Below, one piece after another: positions 52,169 through 62,805 of a DNA stretch of 64,000 nucleotides; the first letter of the stretch is position 1; every line of letters starts with the position of its first letter. The stretch is from positions 640,001 through 704,000 of the forward strand of contig JAYFMW010000020.1 in NCBI GenBank assembly GCA_042408215.1. Direction: 5' to 3'. The notes beneath the pieces are model-generated. The model ran no database searches. It saw nothing but the letters and a program-made list of their open reading frames with translations, and had not been told where the DNA came from. Source of the stretch: Microcoleus sp. (GTDB lineage Bacteria; Cyanobacteriota; Cyanobacteriia; Cyanobacteriales; Microcoleaceae). The translations under genes were made by a program, and so were the position numbers.

Positions 52169-55100
52169 CTAAAGCCAGGGGCTTGCGTCTCGTTTTTCGG
52201 TCAGCAAATTTTGATTTTTTTCTTGTTGTCGGATCAGGGCTGTTGCTGTTTGAGAGTCTACTGGTTTTGAGAAAAAGTATCCTTGGGCGTACTCGCATTT
52301 TAACCCTTTGAGTAGGTTGAGTTGCGATGCGTCTTCGACTCCCTCGGCTATGACGTCCATGCCTAAATTGTGCGATAAAGTAACGATCGATCTGACAATT
52401 TCTGTCGGGTCAATGCCTCCTTGGCGGAGATCGCATTCAACTCCCATTCTGCTAACAAAAGAGCGGTCTATTTTTAAGGTATTGGTGGGGAAGCGGTGCA
52501 GGTAGGAGAGTGATGAATAGCCGGTGCCGAAGTCGTCGATGCACAAATGTATGTTGCGGGCCCTGAGTTCTACCAGCATTGCTGTTACTGATTCGGAATT
52601 TTCCATGAGTACGCTTTCTGTAATTTCTAATTTTAAACTGCTGCCGTCGAGGTGATTTTCTTCGAGCACTTGGTCGATGTATTCAATTAAATCGGGTTGT
52701 GAAAACTGTTTGACAGAAAGGTTGACGCTGACGCTCAGCGGGGGGTTGCTGGGAAATAGCTGCTGCCACTCGCGGATTTGGTGGCAAGCTGTGCGTAGCA
52801 CCCAGAGGCCGAGGGATATGATCAATCCGGTTTCTTCGGCGATTGTGATGAATTCGCTGGGGGGAACTAAGCCTCGTTCTGGGTGCTGCCAGCGCACTAG
52901 GGCTTCAAAACCTGTAATCTGGCTGTTGGCGATCGAGACGATCGGTTGGTAGTGAATGATAAATTGTGATGTCCGCAACAAGGGAGGTAAGAAAGATTTG
53001 TGGGATTTGGGAGATTTGCCAGATGTTTCTGATGCTGTGGGTTCTTGTTCTTGATCTTCGTCTCTTACCTGATGTCTAATTGGATCGATCGCCCGCCGCA
53101 AGTCGTTTTCTAACTGCAACAGCCGCAAAGCGTGGGCGTGCATGGAACTGTTGAAAACTTCGTGGCGGGCTCTGCCGAGTTCTTTGGCGCGGTACATTGC
53201 GGTGTCGGCATCGCGCAGCAGGTTTGTCGGTCCCAGGTATTCGTCAGAACTCAGAGCAATACCAATGCTAGCGGTGATGAATACTTCGTGTCCGTCTAGA
53301 AGGATGGGGGAGGTCATTTTCTGGTGGAGGTGGTTGACAATATGGGTAACTTCATGGATTCCCTGGATGTCCTCCAGCAGAATCACGAATTCGTCTCCTC
53401 CGAGGCGCGCAACTGTATCTCCATTCCTCAGACAGGCTTCCAGGCGTCGCGCGATCGCGACTAGGAGTTGGTCGCCGATGGTGTGGCCGAGGGAATCGTT
53501 AACTACTTTAAATCTATCTAAATCGAGAAATAGCACCGCAAATAAGTAGTCTTTGCGCCGTTGTGCTAGCCTCAAAGCGTGTTCGAGGCGATCGTTAAAT
53601 AGCGCTCGGTTGGGCAATCCGGTGAGGGCGTCGTGAAATGCGTCGTGCAACAGTTGTTCTTCAGCGAGTTTGCGCTGGGTGATATCGTGGCAGTTGACGA
53701 CTATGCCATTGACTGCGGGATCTTGCAGCAAGTTGGTGGCTACAGCTTCTAAAAAACAGGCTTTACCGTTGCGATGGCGGACTCGGTACTCGACTGCTAA
53801 CTGGCTTTTCCAGGGGTTTTGAATGGCTTTTTTGAGAGTTTCGGTAATCAAGGGGGCGTCGTCGGGGTGAACCATAGCTAGAGCATTGTGCCCGATCGCC
53901 CTTTCCGGCGCGTATCCTAAAATTCGTTTGACTGAGGGGCTGATGTAGCGAAAGATGCCCTCGGCGTCGAGAATCATGGTGATGTCTGTGGCGTTTTCAA
54001 TCAGCGATCGAAACCGCTGTTCCCTTTGCCGCAGGGCTGATTCTGCCAGTTTGCGTCCGCTGATGTCTAGGGCTACTCCGTCTACAATGACGTCGCCATT
54101 TTCTTTCCTGGAAAATCTGGCGTTGTCTTGCACCCACTTGACTTCCCCGGTTCTCAAAACGATCCGATATTGGCGATCGCAGGGTTGGAGGCTGGCTTTT
54201 GACTCTACCACGCTCTTGTCAAAGGAGTTTTTGTCGTCAGGATGAATGATTTCGGTCAGGATTTCTGGGCGCGCCATTACCTCTTCTGGACTGATTCCGG
54301 TCAATTCCCGCACTCCCGAACTGATGTAACGCAGTCCGCTTGTGCCGTCTGGATGCAGCACGACGCAGTAGACTGAGCCGGGAATGTTGGCGGCCATTGT
54401 GGCTAGTTGCTGCTGGATGCCACGAACTCTTGCTTCGGCGCGCTTGCGTTCTGCTAGTTCGGTTTGGGCTTGCTGGTAGAGTTCGGCTTGGTGGATCGCG
54501 ATCGCGCACTGATCGGCTATGGCTTTGAGGAGAGAGAGTTCTTCTGCACTCCAAGAGCGGGCCCGATCGCACTGGTAGAGGCAAATTCCTCCTAAAAATG
54601 AGTGCTGGTAGAGCAGTGGTGCGATCGCGATCGCGCGAAACCCTACAAACTCTGCTGATGCTTGCAGATCGGGGATCAGAGTCGATAAGTCGTCGATGGC
54701 GAGGGTTTCTCCGCTGGTGAGGGAGGAGCGATAGTGTTGGGCAAATTCGCAATTTAGCCCGACGAGCCTTTCTTCGTCTGCTGCTTGGCTGATGTAGCGA
54801 ATGATAATCCCGCCCTCAGCATCTGGCTGCAAAATCGCGCAGCCGCTAATTTCTAGAGCTTCATGGAGTTGATCTGCGGTGGTTTGCAGCACTTCGTCGA
54901 GTACGAGGGTTTCGCGCATGGCTTGGACGATGCGGTTGACGATCGCTTCACGAGTGGCTTGTCGCTGAATTTTGGCGATCGCTTCTTGCTGCTGGTGGCG
55001 CATTTTATATTCTTGGAGCGATCGTGCTAATACTGTTGGCAGCCGAAATAGCCTATTTTTTAATACGTAATCTGTCATTCCGGCTTTGATGCACTCTACT

Positions 55101-55468
55101 GCGGCTTCTTCTCCCAAACTTCCTGTTACTAAAACAAAAGGTATATTTTGTCCTAATTCCTGCATTAATTTGAAGGCCTCTAAACCGTTGAAGCCTGGGA
55201 GGCTGTAATCTGACAAAACAGCGTCGTATTTGCAATTCTCCAGCAGTTTTCGGCACTCTGTTGCTGTTTGGGCTGTATCGAAATTGAAATTTACTCCCCC
55301 CGCTTCTAAGGCGATCGCCATTAATTCTAGATCTTCGGTCATGTCTTCGACAATCAACAAGTTTAAGGTGGATTCCGTTCCCATTTTTACTAAATAGTTG
55401 GTTTGAGTTATATTTAACATATGGTATTTGGCTCTTTTACAGAGGTTTTTTTTGTTGATTACTGGCAT
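52169..55468 (-). CDS. REC-GAF-PAS-PAS-GGDEF-EAL c-di-GMP enzyme (likely start MGTES at 55384)
   Basis: Intact GGDEF, EAL and DDFGTGYSS motifs. Confidence 0.95.
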   Translation of the reverse strand: MPVINKKNLCKRAKYHMLNITQTNYLVKMGTESTLNLLIVEDMTEDLELMAIALEAGGVNFNFDTAQTATECRKLLENCKYDAVLSDYSLPGFNGLEAFKLMQELGQNIPFVLVTGSLGEEAAVECIKAGMTDYVLKNRLFRLPTVLARSLQEYKMRHQQQEAIAKIQRQATREAIVNRIVQAMRETLVLDEVLQTTADQLHEALEISGCAILQPDAEGGIIIRYISQAADEERLVGLNCEFAQHYRSSLTSGETLAIDDLSTLIPDLQASAEFVGFRAIAIAPLLYQHSFLGGICLYQCDRARSWSAEELSLLKAIADQCAIAIHQAELYQQAQTELAERKRAEARVRGIQQQLATMAANIPGSVYCVVLHPDGTSGLRYISSGVRELTGISPEEVMARPEILTEIIHPDDKNSFDKSVVESKASLQPCDRQYRIVLRTGEVKWVQDNARFSRKENGDVIVDGVALDISGRKLAESALRQREQRFRSLIENATDITMILDAEGIFRYISPSVKRILGYAPERAIGHNALAMVHPDDAPLITETLKKAIQNPWKSQLAVEYRVRHRNGKACFLEAVATNLLQDPAVNGIVVNCHDITQRKLAEEQLLHDAFHDALTGLPNRALFNDRLEHALRLAQRRKDYLFAVLFLDLDRFKVVNDSLGHTIGDQLLVAIARRLEACLRNGDTVARLGGDEFVILLEDIQGIHEVTHIVNHLHQKMTSPILLDGHEVFITASIGIALSSDEYLGPTNLLRDADTAMYRAKELGRARHEVFNSSMHAHALRLLQLENDLRRAIDPIRHQVRDEDQEQEPTASETSGKSPKSHKSFLPPLLRTSQFIIHYQPIVSIANSQITGFEALVRWQHPERGLVPPSEFITIAEETGLIISLGLWVLRTACHQIREWQQLFPSNPPLSVSVNLSVKQFSQPDLIEYIDQVLEENHLDGSSLKLEITESVLMENSESVTAMLVELRARNIHLCIDDFGTGYSSLSYLHRFPTNTLKIDRSFVSRMGVECDLRQGGIDPTEIVRSIVTLSHNLGMDVIAEGVEDASQLNLLKGLKCEYAQGYFFSKPVDSQTATALIRQQEKNQNLLTEKRDASPWL

Positions 55469-55556
55469 TTTTATGCGATAAATTCCTAATTATTGCAGGA
55501 GTTTTTTTACTAAAATGTAGCAAGATTAGTTCTGACTTCTTCCTGAAATCCGTTAC

Positions 55557-55700
55557 ATCCGTTAAATCCCGTACAGTGCTTCGTTGCCGAACTTCCTTCT
55601 GACTTCTTCCTAACCTGCGTTACACTTGTACGCTCGCGAATTCCCAGTATCCGTTAATCCCGTACAGTGCTTCGTTGCCGAACTTCCTTCTGACTTCTTC
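55557..55700. repeat. Intergenic ~50-bp direct repeat
   Basis: ATCCCGTACAGTGCTTCGTTGCCGAACTTCCTTCTGACTTCTT occurs twice. Confidence 0.85.
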
Positions 55701-55706
55701 TATCAC

Positions 55707-58700
55707 TTACCGCTTGGGAGCATTCGCTAGTTTAAAGTAAAATGTTGCTCCTTGACCAGGTGCGCTTTGGGCCCAAATCCTGCCGCCGTGTCGGTGAATA
55801 ATCCGCCAGGCGATCGCTAAACCGATGCCCGTACCTTCAAATTCTCTCTGGGAGTGCAGCCTCCCAAAGGCTCGAAACAGTTGCTCGGCATATTCCATCG
55901 GAAAACCAACGCCGTTATCCTTGACAAAAATCGTTCCATCTGGTAAGCAATCAATTACTATTCTAGCGGGAGTGCGATCGCGGCTGAACTTGACTGCATT
56001 GCTAATCAAATTGGTGAGCACTTGTTGCAGCAAGGTGGGATCTCCCGTCACTGCGGGTAAATCTCCGATTTCAAATTCAACCTCAAGAGGAGTTTCCACA
56101 GAATTTGTGTCAATTTGGGGTCTAGTCAATTTAATCGCAGTTTGTACCAACTCGGTGAGGTCGATCGGAATTTGGATCAACTCGGTGCGACTCACCCGCG
56201 ACAGGGCGAGCAAACCGTCAATCAACAGGCTCATTTTTTGGCTGCTGTCTTCAATTACTTCTATATAGTGATCTATTTTGCGATCCTTCAAAGCCTCAGT
56301 TGCTTCGACGCGCTGCTTCAAGGCATGGACAAAGCCTGAAATGTGTCGCAAAGGTGCCCGCAAGTCGTGGGAAACTGAGTAGGAAAAAGATTCTAATTCT
56401 TGATTGGCAGCTTCTAATTGCTCTGTGCGTTTTGACAAGGCTTGTTTTGTCTCTACCAACTCAGTGATATTGCGAGAAGAGCCAATTAAAGCATAAACCT
56501 CGCCGTCGATATTTCTGAGGGGAATCTTAAAAGTATCGTAGTAGGAAGTGCCACCAGGGAACACAAATTTTTCTTGGAATTGCAGAGTTTCGCCTGTTTC
56601 AAATACCTGCCAATTTTCCCGGTAAAATCGTTCTGCGAGTTCGGTGGGAAAACATTCAAAAATAGTTTTGCCCTGCATCTCTTTTCGGCAGTGGAAGCCG
56701 GCAATTTCTGCCACAGATTTGTTGACAAAAGGCTGGCGCATATGCTCGCGTTCTACAACAAAAATGCGATCGGGCAAAGCATCAAAAAAAGTCTCTAATT
56801 CTGCGGTACGCTGGGCGACTTGAGCTTCTAAAGTTTCGTTGAGTTTTTTGAGTTCGGCTTCAGCCCTTTTGCGCTCCGTGATATCTTGACCAATAGCGAT
56901 ACAGCTTCCGTCTGAAAGGCGAACATTTGCCCAAGAAGTGTCGATAATTCGCCCGTCTTTAACTTTTGTTTTGAAGTCCGCCCACTTCTGAGTTGCCGCC
57001 ACGATGAAATCTAAAACGTATTGGCGGTACTCTGGTTGCGGATAAAATTCCGCCAAGATATCGCGGCCTTTGATTTCTTCACAACTCCAGCCCAGCACTT
57101 GTTCCCAGTGGCGGTTTACCCAGCTTATTTCACCGCTGCTGCCCAATATTCCGAGCATGATCGGCACGTTGTCGAAGATAGTTTGCAGCAGTTCTTTTTG
57201 CTGTTTTAATGCTGATTCGGCTTGTTTGCGATCGCTAATATCGAGTACGGAACCGATAATTTGTAAAATTTTTCCGTCTGGGGTTTTTTTGAATATTCTA
57301 GACCGATCGTGCACCCAGCGCCATTCCCCATTTTTGTGTTTGATTCTGTAGTCTCTGTCATTGATTTCATGGATGTTTGTGCTGTTTGCTAGCCGCTCCA
57401 TACCTGTAATTAGCTTTAACATATCCTCGGGATGAACTAAGTTAGCCACAGCATTTGTACCCAAATCTTGCAATTCTTCGGGAGTGTAGCCGAGGATGGC
57501 TGTGACAGCTTCGTTTGCATAAATATTTTTGTTTTCTACTAGATCGTAAATGTAGAGAAAGTCAGGGATCGTTTTCAGGATGCTCTCTAAAAGTTGTTGA
57601 TTTTTTTGCAGTTCCGATTCAGCCTGTTTGCGTCTGCTTATGTCAAGCACAAAACTGATGCCCCGATCCTGCGAGCCTTGTAACAATGCACCGCCCAGCA
57701 GCACCGGAACGCGGCTCCCGTCGGAGCGGATGTATTCTTTTTCCCAGGGAAAAGCCGTCCTGATAGCCCTCAATTCGGCAATTTTTTCTGTGTCTAAACG
57801 CAGGTATTCTGGCGGTGTCATTTCTAGCCAGTTAATTCTTCCTGAAAGCAGATCGTCCCGCTGGTAATTTACCATGTTTAAAAAGAAGTCATTGGCATCT
57901 ATAATGTTGCCGTTAATGTCCCAAAAAATTATGCCAATAATGTTAGAATCTACCAGGCACCTAAATTTGGCTTCGCTTTGGCGCAACTGAGATTCGACTT
58001 GTTTTAGTTCTGTGATGTCGCGGGCGATGACTAAAACTGTTTCGACTGAATTGTCTTCAGCCCTTCGACTTCGCTCAGGGTAAACGCAGTCGTTGGGATC
58101 GGGAACCACAAATTCGGGACTGATTCGAGTTTGGTAGTATTTTATACCGTTAGGAGTAGCCCATTCAAATTCTATAGTTTCTTGTTTACCAGTACGGAAA
58201 ACTTTTGAAAAAGCCTCATCCCATAAGTTGCAAAGCTGTGCCGGCATTCCTAATTCTTGGTTGGTTTTGCCGATGAATTCGCCTCGGAGTTTTCCGGTAA
58301 CAACTTCGACTGCTTGGTTGACGTAAAGGTGGCGCAATTCTCGATCGAACCGGGCGATGATATCAGTCGCATTTTCGGCTAGGGCGCTGAAAGCTTGTTC
58401 GCGTCGGTGCAGTTCTTCTTGAGTGCGGTGGCGATCGGTGATGTCTCTAGCAAAAGACAGAATAGAAACTATTTTTCCCTCAGCATCTGTTAATGCAGAA
58501 TTGTACCATTCGCAGTAAATGATCGAGCCATCTTTAGTATAGTTGCGATTCAGGCTAATATTGCGGGCTTCGCTGCCGTCTAATAGTTTATTTGTTACTA
58601 ATTTGAGTGCATCGAAATCTGCTGAATAAACTATTGGCCATTCGTACCAGTATTTGCCGATTATTTCTGCGGTTTTCCAGCCAAATATTTGTTCTGCTTG

Positions 58701-59015
58701 GGGCGACCAACGCAGGACGCGAAATTCGCTATCCCATTCTATAACTGCCATTGGCGAGTTGGCTAGGTGAAACTCTAGTCGATCGGCGGCTTGTTTCCTT
58801 TGGGTTTTTAGCGAGGAGCGAAGTTGCTTGGCTGCTGCGAAGCGATCGCTTATTTCCTGTAGGTTTGCTGCGCCGGATTTGGTGAATTCAGCTAGGGTTT
58901 CTGCTGTTTGTTTTTCTAATTCGTCCCAAGCCTGTTCTAGGGCTGATTCCGTCGGCTCTAGATCAGTGATGCTATTCTGAAATAGTTCGGCAGTTTCCAG
59001 TGGAATTTTCGGCAT
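55707..59015 (-). CDS. Multi-PAS sensor histidine kinase
   Basis: About six PAS/PAC domains, SYSVSHDLRAPL, NAVKF, DNGVG and GTGIGL. Confidence 0.95.
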   Translation of the reverse strand: MPKIPLETAELFQNSITDLEPTESALEQAWDELEKQTAETLAEFTKSGAANLQEISDRFAAAKQLRSSLKTQRKQAADRLEFHLANSPMAVIEWDSEFRVLRWSPQAEQIFGWKTAEIIGKYWYEWPIVYSADFDALKLVTNKLLDGSEARNISLNRNYTKDGSIIYCEWYNSALTDAEGKIVSILSFARDITDRHRTQEELHRREQAFSALAENATDIIARFDRELRHLYVNQAVEVVTGKLRGEFIGKTNQELGMPAQLCNLWDEAFSKVFRTGKQETIEFEWATPNGIKYYQTRISPEFVVPDPNDCVYPERSRRAEDNSVETVLVIARDITELKQVESQLRQSEAKFRCLVDSNIIGIIFWDINGNIIDANDFFLNMVNYQRDDLLSGRINWLEMTPPEYLRLDTEKIAELRAIRTAFPWEKEYIRSDGSRVPVLLGGALLQGSQDRGISFVLDISRRKQAESELQKNQQLLESILKTIPDFLYIYDLVENKNIYANEAVTAILGYTPEELQDLGTNAVANLVHPEDMLKLITGMERLANSTNIHEINDRDYRIKHKNGEWRWVHDRSRIFKKTPDGKILQIIGSVLDISDRKQAESALKQQKELLQTIFDNVPIMLGILGSSGEISWVNRHWEQVLGWSCEEIKGRDILAEFYPQPEYRQYVLDFIVAATQKWADFKTKVKDGRIIDTSWANVRLSDGSCIAIGQDITERKRAEAELKKLNETLEAQVAQRTAELETFFDALPDRIFVVEREHMRQPFVNKSVAEIAGFHCRKEMQGKTIFECFPTELAERFYRENWQVFETGETLQFQEKFVFPGGTSYYDTFKIPLRNIDGEVYALIGSSRNITELVETKQALSKRTEQLEAANQELESFSYSVSHDLRAPLRHISGFVHALKQRVEATEALKDRKIDHYIEVIEDSSQKMSLLIDGLLALSRVSRTELIQIPIDLTELVQTAIKLTRPQIDTNSVETPLEVEFEIGDLPAVTGDPTLLQQVLTNLISNAVKFSRDRTPARIVIDCLPDGTIFVKDNGVGFPMEYAEQLFRAFGRLHSQREFEGTGIGLAIAWRIIHRHGGRIWAQSAPGQGATFYFKLANAPKR

Positions 59016-59164
59016 ATTTCTGACTGTTCGGCAATACTTAATTTCCGCAGTTAAATGTAAAGTTTAAACTTACTTTTAAATTTTACAGCAATCAACGGGA
59101 AGCGGAAAGCGATCGATTTGAGATTTGAGATTTGAGATTACTCTCGTCCTGAGTCTGTCAAGGA

Positions 59165-60610
59165 TTGACACTCCCCGGTCTGAAGACACGGGGATTCTTA
59201 AGGACAAACTTTGGGGGATGAATCCGCCCAAAGTTTGATTCTTAAAGGGTTAGTCAGCAACCCCCTACCCACTCGCTCAATAATTGAGTCTATGGCTACT
59301 TTTGCTTTCCTGATAATATTAGCTGCACCATTAATATCTGCATTGATTAACAACCCAGTGCTAGAACGGTACAAACCTCGTTTAATTCTTTTACCAGACG
59401 GTTGCCAATTGTCAGGTTTTTCACCGACTGTCACTGGCAACAAATCTCGGTCTAAAAAACTTGATTTTGAGGTGTAAGATTCGTCTTGCTCTACAAATCG
59501 CCAACCCCTTAAGTCACACTCTTGCATGAGTCTATCTTTAACTTTAGCTGTCGGTATTTGGACAAAGTTCTGGTTGGTCTTACCTCCCATATTGACTTCT
59601 TGCTTCTGTCCTTTATTCCAACCAAAGACTAAGACGTTAATTTGATGATTTTCGCAATAATCAATGATGGTTCTGACTGCTTTGTTAACAGCATCTCTCA
59701 TCCTTCTGGCGCGATTTTCTGACAACTGTTGCAGTCTTTTCGACGAAAAACCTTTGGGTAATTTATACCGTGCGTGTTCTGATTGAATCCGGGCTTTTTC
59801 CTTGTTAAACCCTTGGTTCCAAGACTTTAATTTGTGACCATCAATAATAAATGGTTTACCATTACTAGAAACACAGGTCAACCAGTTATTGATGCCATGA
59901 TCTATTCCCAAAACCCCTGTTACTTCCAGGCTACAACTAGGAGCTTGTTCAGTTAGACTTTCGTGGACATATTCGATCCATACCTCACCATTTCTGGGGA
60001 TTAGTCGAAGCTCTTTAATCTGGCAATTCGACCGCCGTTCTGGTAAAGTCACCCAGAGAGCATCTGTCCCAAAGTGTTCTTTCCCCTTGGTTCCCAAAGG
60101 CAGTCTCACTCGATTACCAACTATTTTCAAGGCTTGTCCCGGATATGAAACCTGGTACATCGCCCCCTTGGTTCTGTACTTTGGCAATCTCGGTTTTTGA
60201 TTGAGTTGCCCTTTCTTTGCTAACCTTTCTAATGCTCGGAAAGATCTCAAAGATTCGGCGACAGACTTGAGGGATTGTTGGGCAACTTGCGAGTAAAGCA
60301 ATCCGTAATTTTCGTTGGTTTTGGCAATTTTGTACAGGTCTGGGTATTTAATTGCGCCTTGGTCTTTGAAGTACCGTTGCCGACTTTCGTAAGTTCCGAC
60401 ATTAAACAGATTGTTTGACCATCTCAACAGTTGTTCAACAATGGTTTTGTCAAGTCCTTTTAAATGCCATACATCTTTTTGCACTGCGTACATTAATTTC
60501 ACCTCCTTTGATTAATTGTACTATATTTAGAAGTATCTAATTGGGAGACTAAAGTCTCCCTCGCCCTTTCATCCCTGGACTAAAGTCGCAGGGTTTTCAG
60601 GGTATTTCTT
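59165..60610 (-). mobile_element. IS200/IS605-family tnpB-only element (sister of 25524-27072)
   Basis: Same LE and RE as the copy at 25.5 kb, again 3' of TTAT. Confidence 0.9.
59198..60502 (-). CDS. tnpB: TnpB, full-length open frame
   Basis: GIDHG, DESYTSKSS and NADINGAANI. The Zn finger is absent in this subgroup. Confidence 0.92.
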   Translation of the reverse strand: MKLMYAVQKDVWHLKGLDKTIVEQLLRWSNNLFNVGTYESRQRYFKDQGAIKYPDLYKIAKTNENYGLLYSQVAQQSLKSVAESLRSFRALERLAKKGQLNQKPRLPKYRTKGAMYQVSYPGQALKIVGNRVRLPLGTKGKEHFGTDALWVTLPERRSNCQIKELRLIPRNGEVWIEYVHESLTEQAPSCSLEVTGVLGIDHGINNWLTCVSSNGKPFIIDGHKLKSWNQGFNKEKARIQSEHARYKLPKGFSSKRLQQLSENRARRMRDAVNKAVRTIIDYCENHQINVLVFGWNKGQKQEVNMGGKTNQNFVQIPTAKVKDRLMQECDLRGWRFVEQDESYTSKSSFLDRDLLPVTVGEKPDNWQPSGKRIKRGLYRSSTGLLINADINGAANIIRKAKVAIDSIIERVGRGLLTNPLRIKLWADSSPKVCP

Positions 60611-60732
60611 ATAAATCCGTTCGCCAGGGATAGGAAGGATGCGGAGCTTTATCAAGTCTTCACGGTCTGCTATTGAGTTCGCCTTTGACCAAATTGCTGG
60701 TGAAACCATTGATTTGACTGACTTCGGCTATA

Positions 60733-61240
60733 TACAGTGTATTCCAGGTTTATGAAGTAGGGACAGGGCAATGCCGATTAGTGTCAACTTAACATCAAAC
60801 CCAGTCACAGACGGCTGTTGACTATTAAATCTAGCTCCCCCCTACTCCCCAGGTTGTCGGGGGGGGACAGGAATCTTCTCTTTCGTCAACTGCTACTCCC
60901 CGACAACCTGGGGGATGCGAGGGGGCTCTAGACTCAGCTAAAAGCGAGAGTTCTCAGGGGTTTTAGTCTTAAGTTAACACCAATAGGCACGGAGCGGTGT
61001 CTAAGAGGGCGGGGATAGATCGATCGCGTGGTGTCCTTCATAAACGTGGAATCTGCTGTATTTTTGCACAGAGTGTTGCAGGCCAGGCGATCGCCCGCGC
61101 TCCCTAAATATTAGCGCAGCCAGGGCATGAGGAGATCCACCGGGGCATCGTTGGAGTCAACTTAAGCCGACCGTCCGCCTGGGGTTTAAACCCCAGCCGG
61201 AAAGAGCGTTAAGTTGACACCTATGCACGGTGGCATCGCG
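60733..61240. repeat. Nested palindromic repeat composite plus a short element with the same TIR
   Basis: TACAG..TTCCA...TGGAATCTGCTGTA outer ends. GTCAACTTAA...TTAAGTT(A/G)ACAC inner elements at about 60781-60980 and 61153-61221. Confidence 0.7.
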
Positions 61241-61305
61241 CCTACGGTTTCGTCAATAACAAGCTAAAATAAAGTTTAAAGTTTATTCAGCCATTTAAAT
61301 CGCCT

Positions 61306-62805
61306 ATGACTGCTGCTGCACCCTCTTCGATAAAAAACCCAACTCAGTATGAAGCTGTTATCGGTCTTGAAACTCACTGTCAACTGAGTACGAAAACTAA
61401 AATTTTTTCAAGTTCTTCTACAGAATTTGGTGGTACTCCAAACACTAACATTGACCCAATTTGTATGGGAATGCCCGGAGTGTTGCCGGTCCTAAATCAG
61501 AAAGTGCTGGAATATGCCGTTAAAGCAGGGTTGGCTCTCAACTGCGAAATCGCACCTTACAGCAAGTTCGATCGCAAACAATATTTCTATCCTGATTTGC
61601 CGAAAAATTATCAAATTTCTCAGTTCGATTTGCCGATCGCCACTAACGGTTGGTTGGAAATAGAATTGGTGGACGAAGCAGGCAATTCGACTCGGAAAAA
61701 AATCGGGATCACTCGCTTGCACATGGAGGAAGATGCCGGAAAATTAGTTCACGGAGGAAGCGATAGAATCAGTGGTTCTACCTATTCAATGGTGGATTAC
61801 AACCGCGCCGGTGTGCCTTTAATCGAAATAGTCTCGGAACCGGATTTGCGCACGGGCGCGGAAGCTGCCGAGTACGGCCAAGAATTGCGCCGAATTGTCC
61901 GCTATATCGGTGTCGGCGACGGGAATATGCAGGAAGGTTCCCTCCGATGTGATGTGAATATTTCGGTGCGCCCCGTGGGGCGAAAAGAGTTCGGCACGAA
62001 AGTGGAAATTAAAAATATGAACTCTTTTAATGCGATCGAACGGGCGATCGATTATGAGATCGATCGGCAAATTCAAGCTTTGGAAACTGGCGAAACCATA
62101 ATCCAAGAAACGCGGCTTTGGGATGAAGGGAAACAGTGTACTTTTAGTATGCGGATTAAGGAAGGGGCGAGCGATTATCGCTATTTCCCGGAACCGGATT
62201 TGCCTCCGATCGAGGTTTCAGTGGCTCAGTTGCAGGATTGGAAAGCTCAATTGCCAGAATTGCCGGCCGAAAAACGCAATCGCTACGAAACTCAACTCGC
62301 TCTTTCTCCCTATGACGCGCGGGTGTTGACGGATGACAAAGCGGTAGCTGAGTATTTTGAAGGGGCGATCGCCGCCGGTGCTCCTGCTAAGCAAGCTGCT
62401 AATTGGGTGATGGGTGATCTCACTGCTTACCTCAAAAATGAAAAGCTGGCGATCGGAGAAATTCCTCTGCAACCGCAGGATTTGGCGGAACTAATTTCGC
62501 TGATTGATACAGGCACGATCAGTGGCAAAATGGCTAAGGATATTTTGCCGGAGTTGCTGTCAACAACTGGCGGTTCTCCTCAAAAATTTGTCGAAAGCAA
62601 GGGTTTGATTCAAATCTCGGATGCTGGGGCGATCGAAAGTGCGATCGATGCTGTTTTAGCGGCCAATCCCAAGGAACTGGAACAGTACCGCGCCGGCAAA
62701 ACAAAGCTGTTGGGCTTTTTTGTCGGAAAGGTAATGAAGGAGACGGGCGGTCGGGCCGATCCCAAATTGACCAATGAGATCCTCGCTAACAAGCTTAACG
62801 GCTAG
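61306..62805 (+). CDS. gatB: Asp/Glu-tRNA amidotransferase subunit B
   Basis: [29 protein letters not shown] and YRYFPEPD. Confidence 0.98.
   Translation: MTAAAPSSIKNPTQYEAVIGLETHCQLSTKTKIFSSSSTEFGGTPNTNIDPICMGMPGVLPVLNQKVLEYAVKAGLALNCEIAPYSKFDRKQYFYPDLPKNYQISQFDLPIATNGWLEIELVDEAGNSTRKKIGITRLHMEEDAGKLVHGGSDRISGSTYSMVDYNRAGVPLIEIVSEPDLRTGAEAAEYGQELRRIVRYIGVGDGNMQEGSLRCDVNISVRPVGRKEFGTKVEIKNMNSFNAIERAIDYEIDRQIQALETGETIIQETRLWDEGKQCTFSMRIKEGASDYRYFPEPDLPPIEVSVAQLQDWKAQLPELPAEKRNRYETQLALSPYDARVLTDDKAVAEYFEGAIAAGAPAKQAANWVMGDLTAYLKNEKLAIGEIPLQPQDLAELISLIDTGTISGKMAKDILPELLSTTGGSPQKFVESKGLIQISDAGAIESAIDAVLAANPKELEQYRAGKTKLLGFFVGKVMKETGGRADPKLTNEILANKLNG

Larger units (their letters stand above)
49761..52199 (-). 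mobile_element. Composite IS605 element: LE, tnpA and tnpB fused to the 3' half and RE of a second tnpB element, with nested MITEs
   Basis: LE follows TGAC (CAAG-CCCCTGGCTTTAGACACGGGG) and RE ends TCAC (GAAG-footed hairpin). Two unrelated tnpB sequences join near 50565. Confidence 0.75.

Noticed and set aside
55557..55700. Repeat-spacer-repeat as a CRISPR or regulatory array
   Set aside because: Only two ~50-bp copies and no associated genes; most simply a local duplication.
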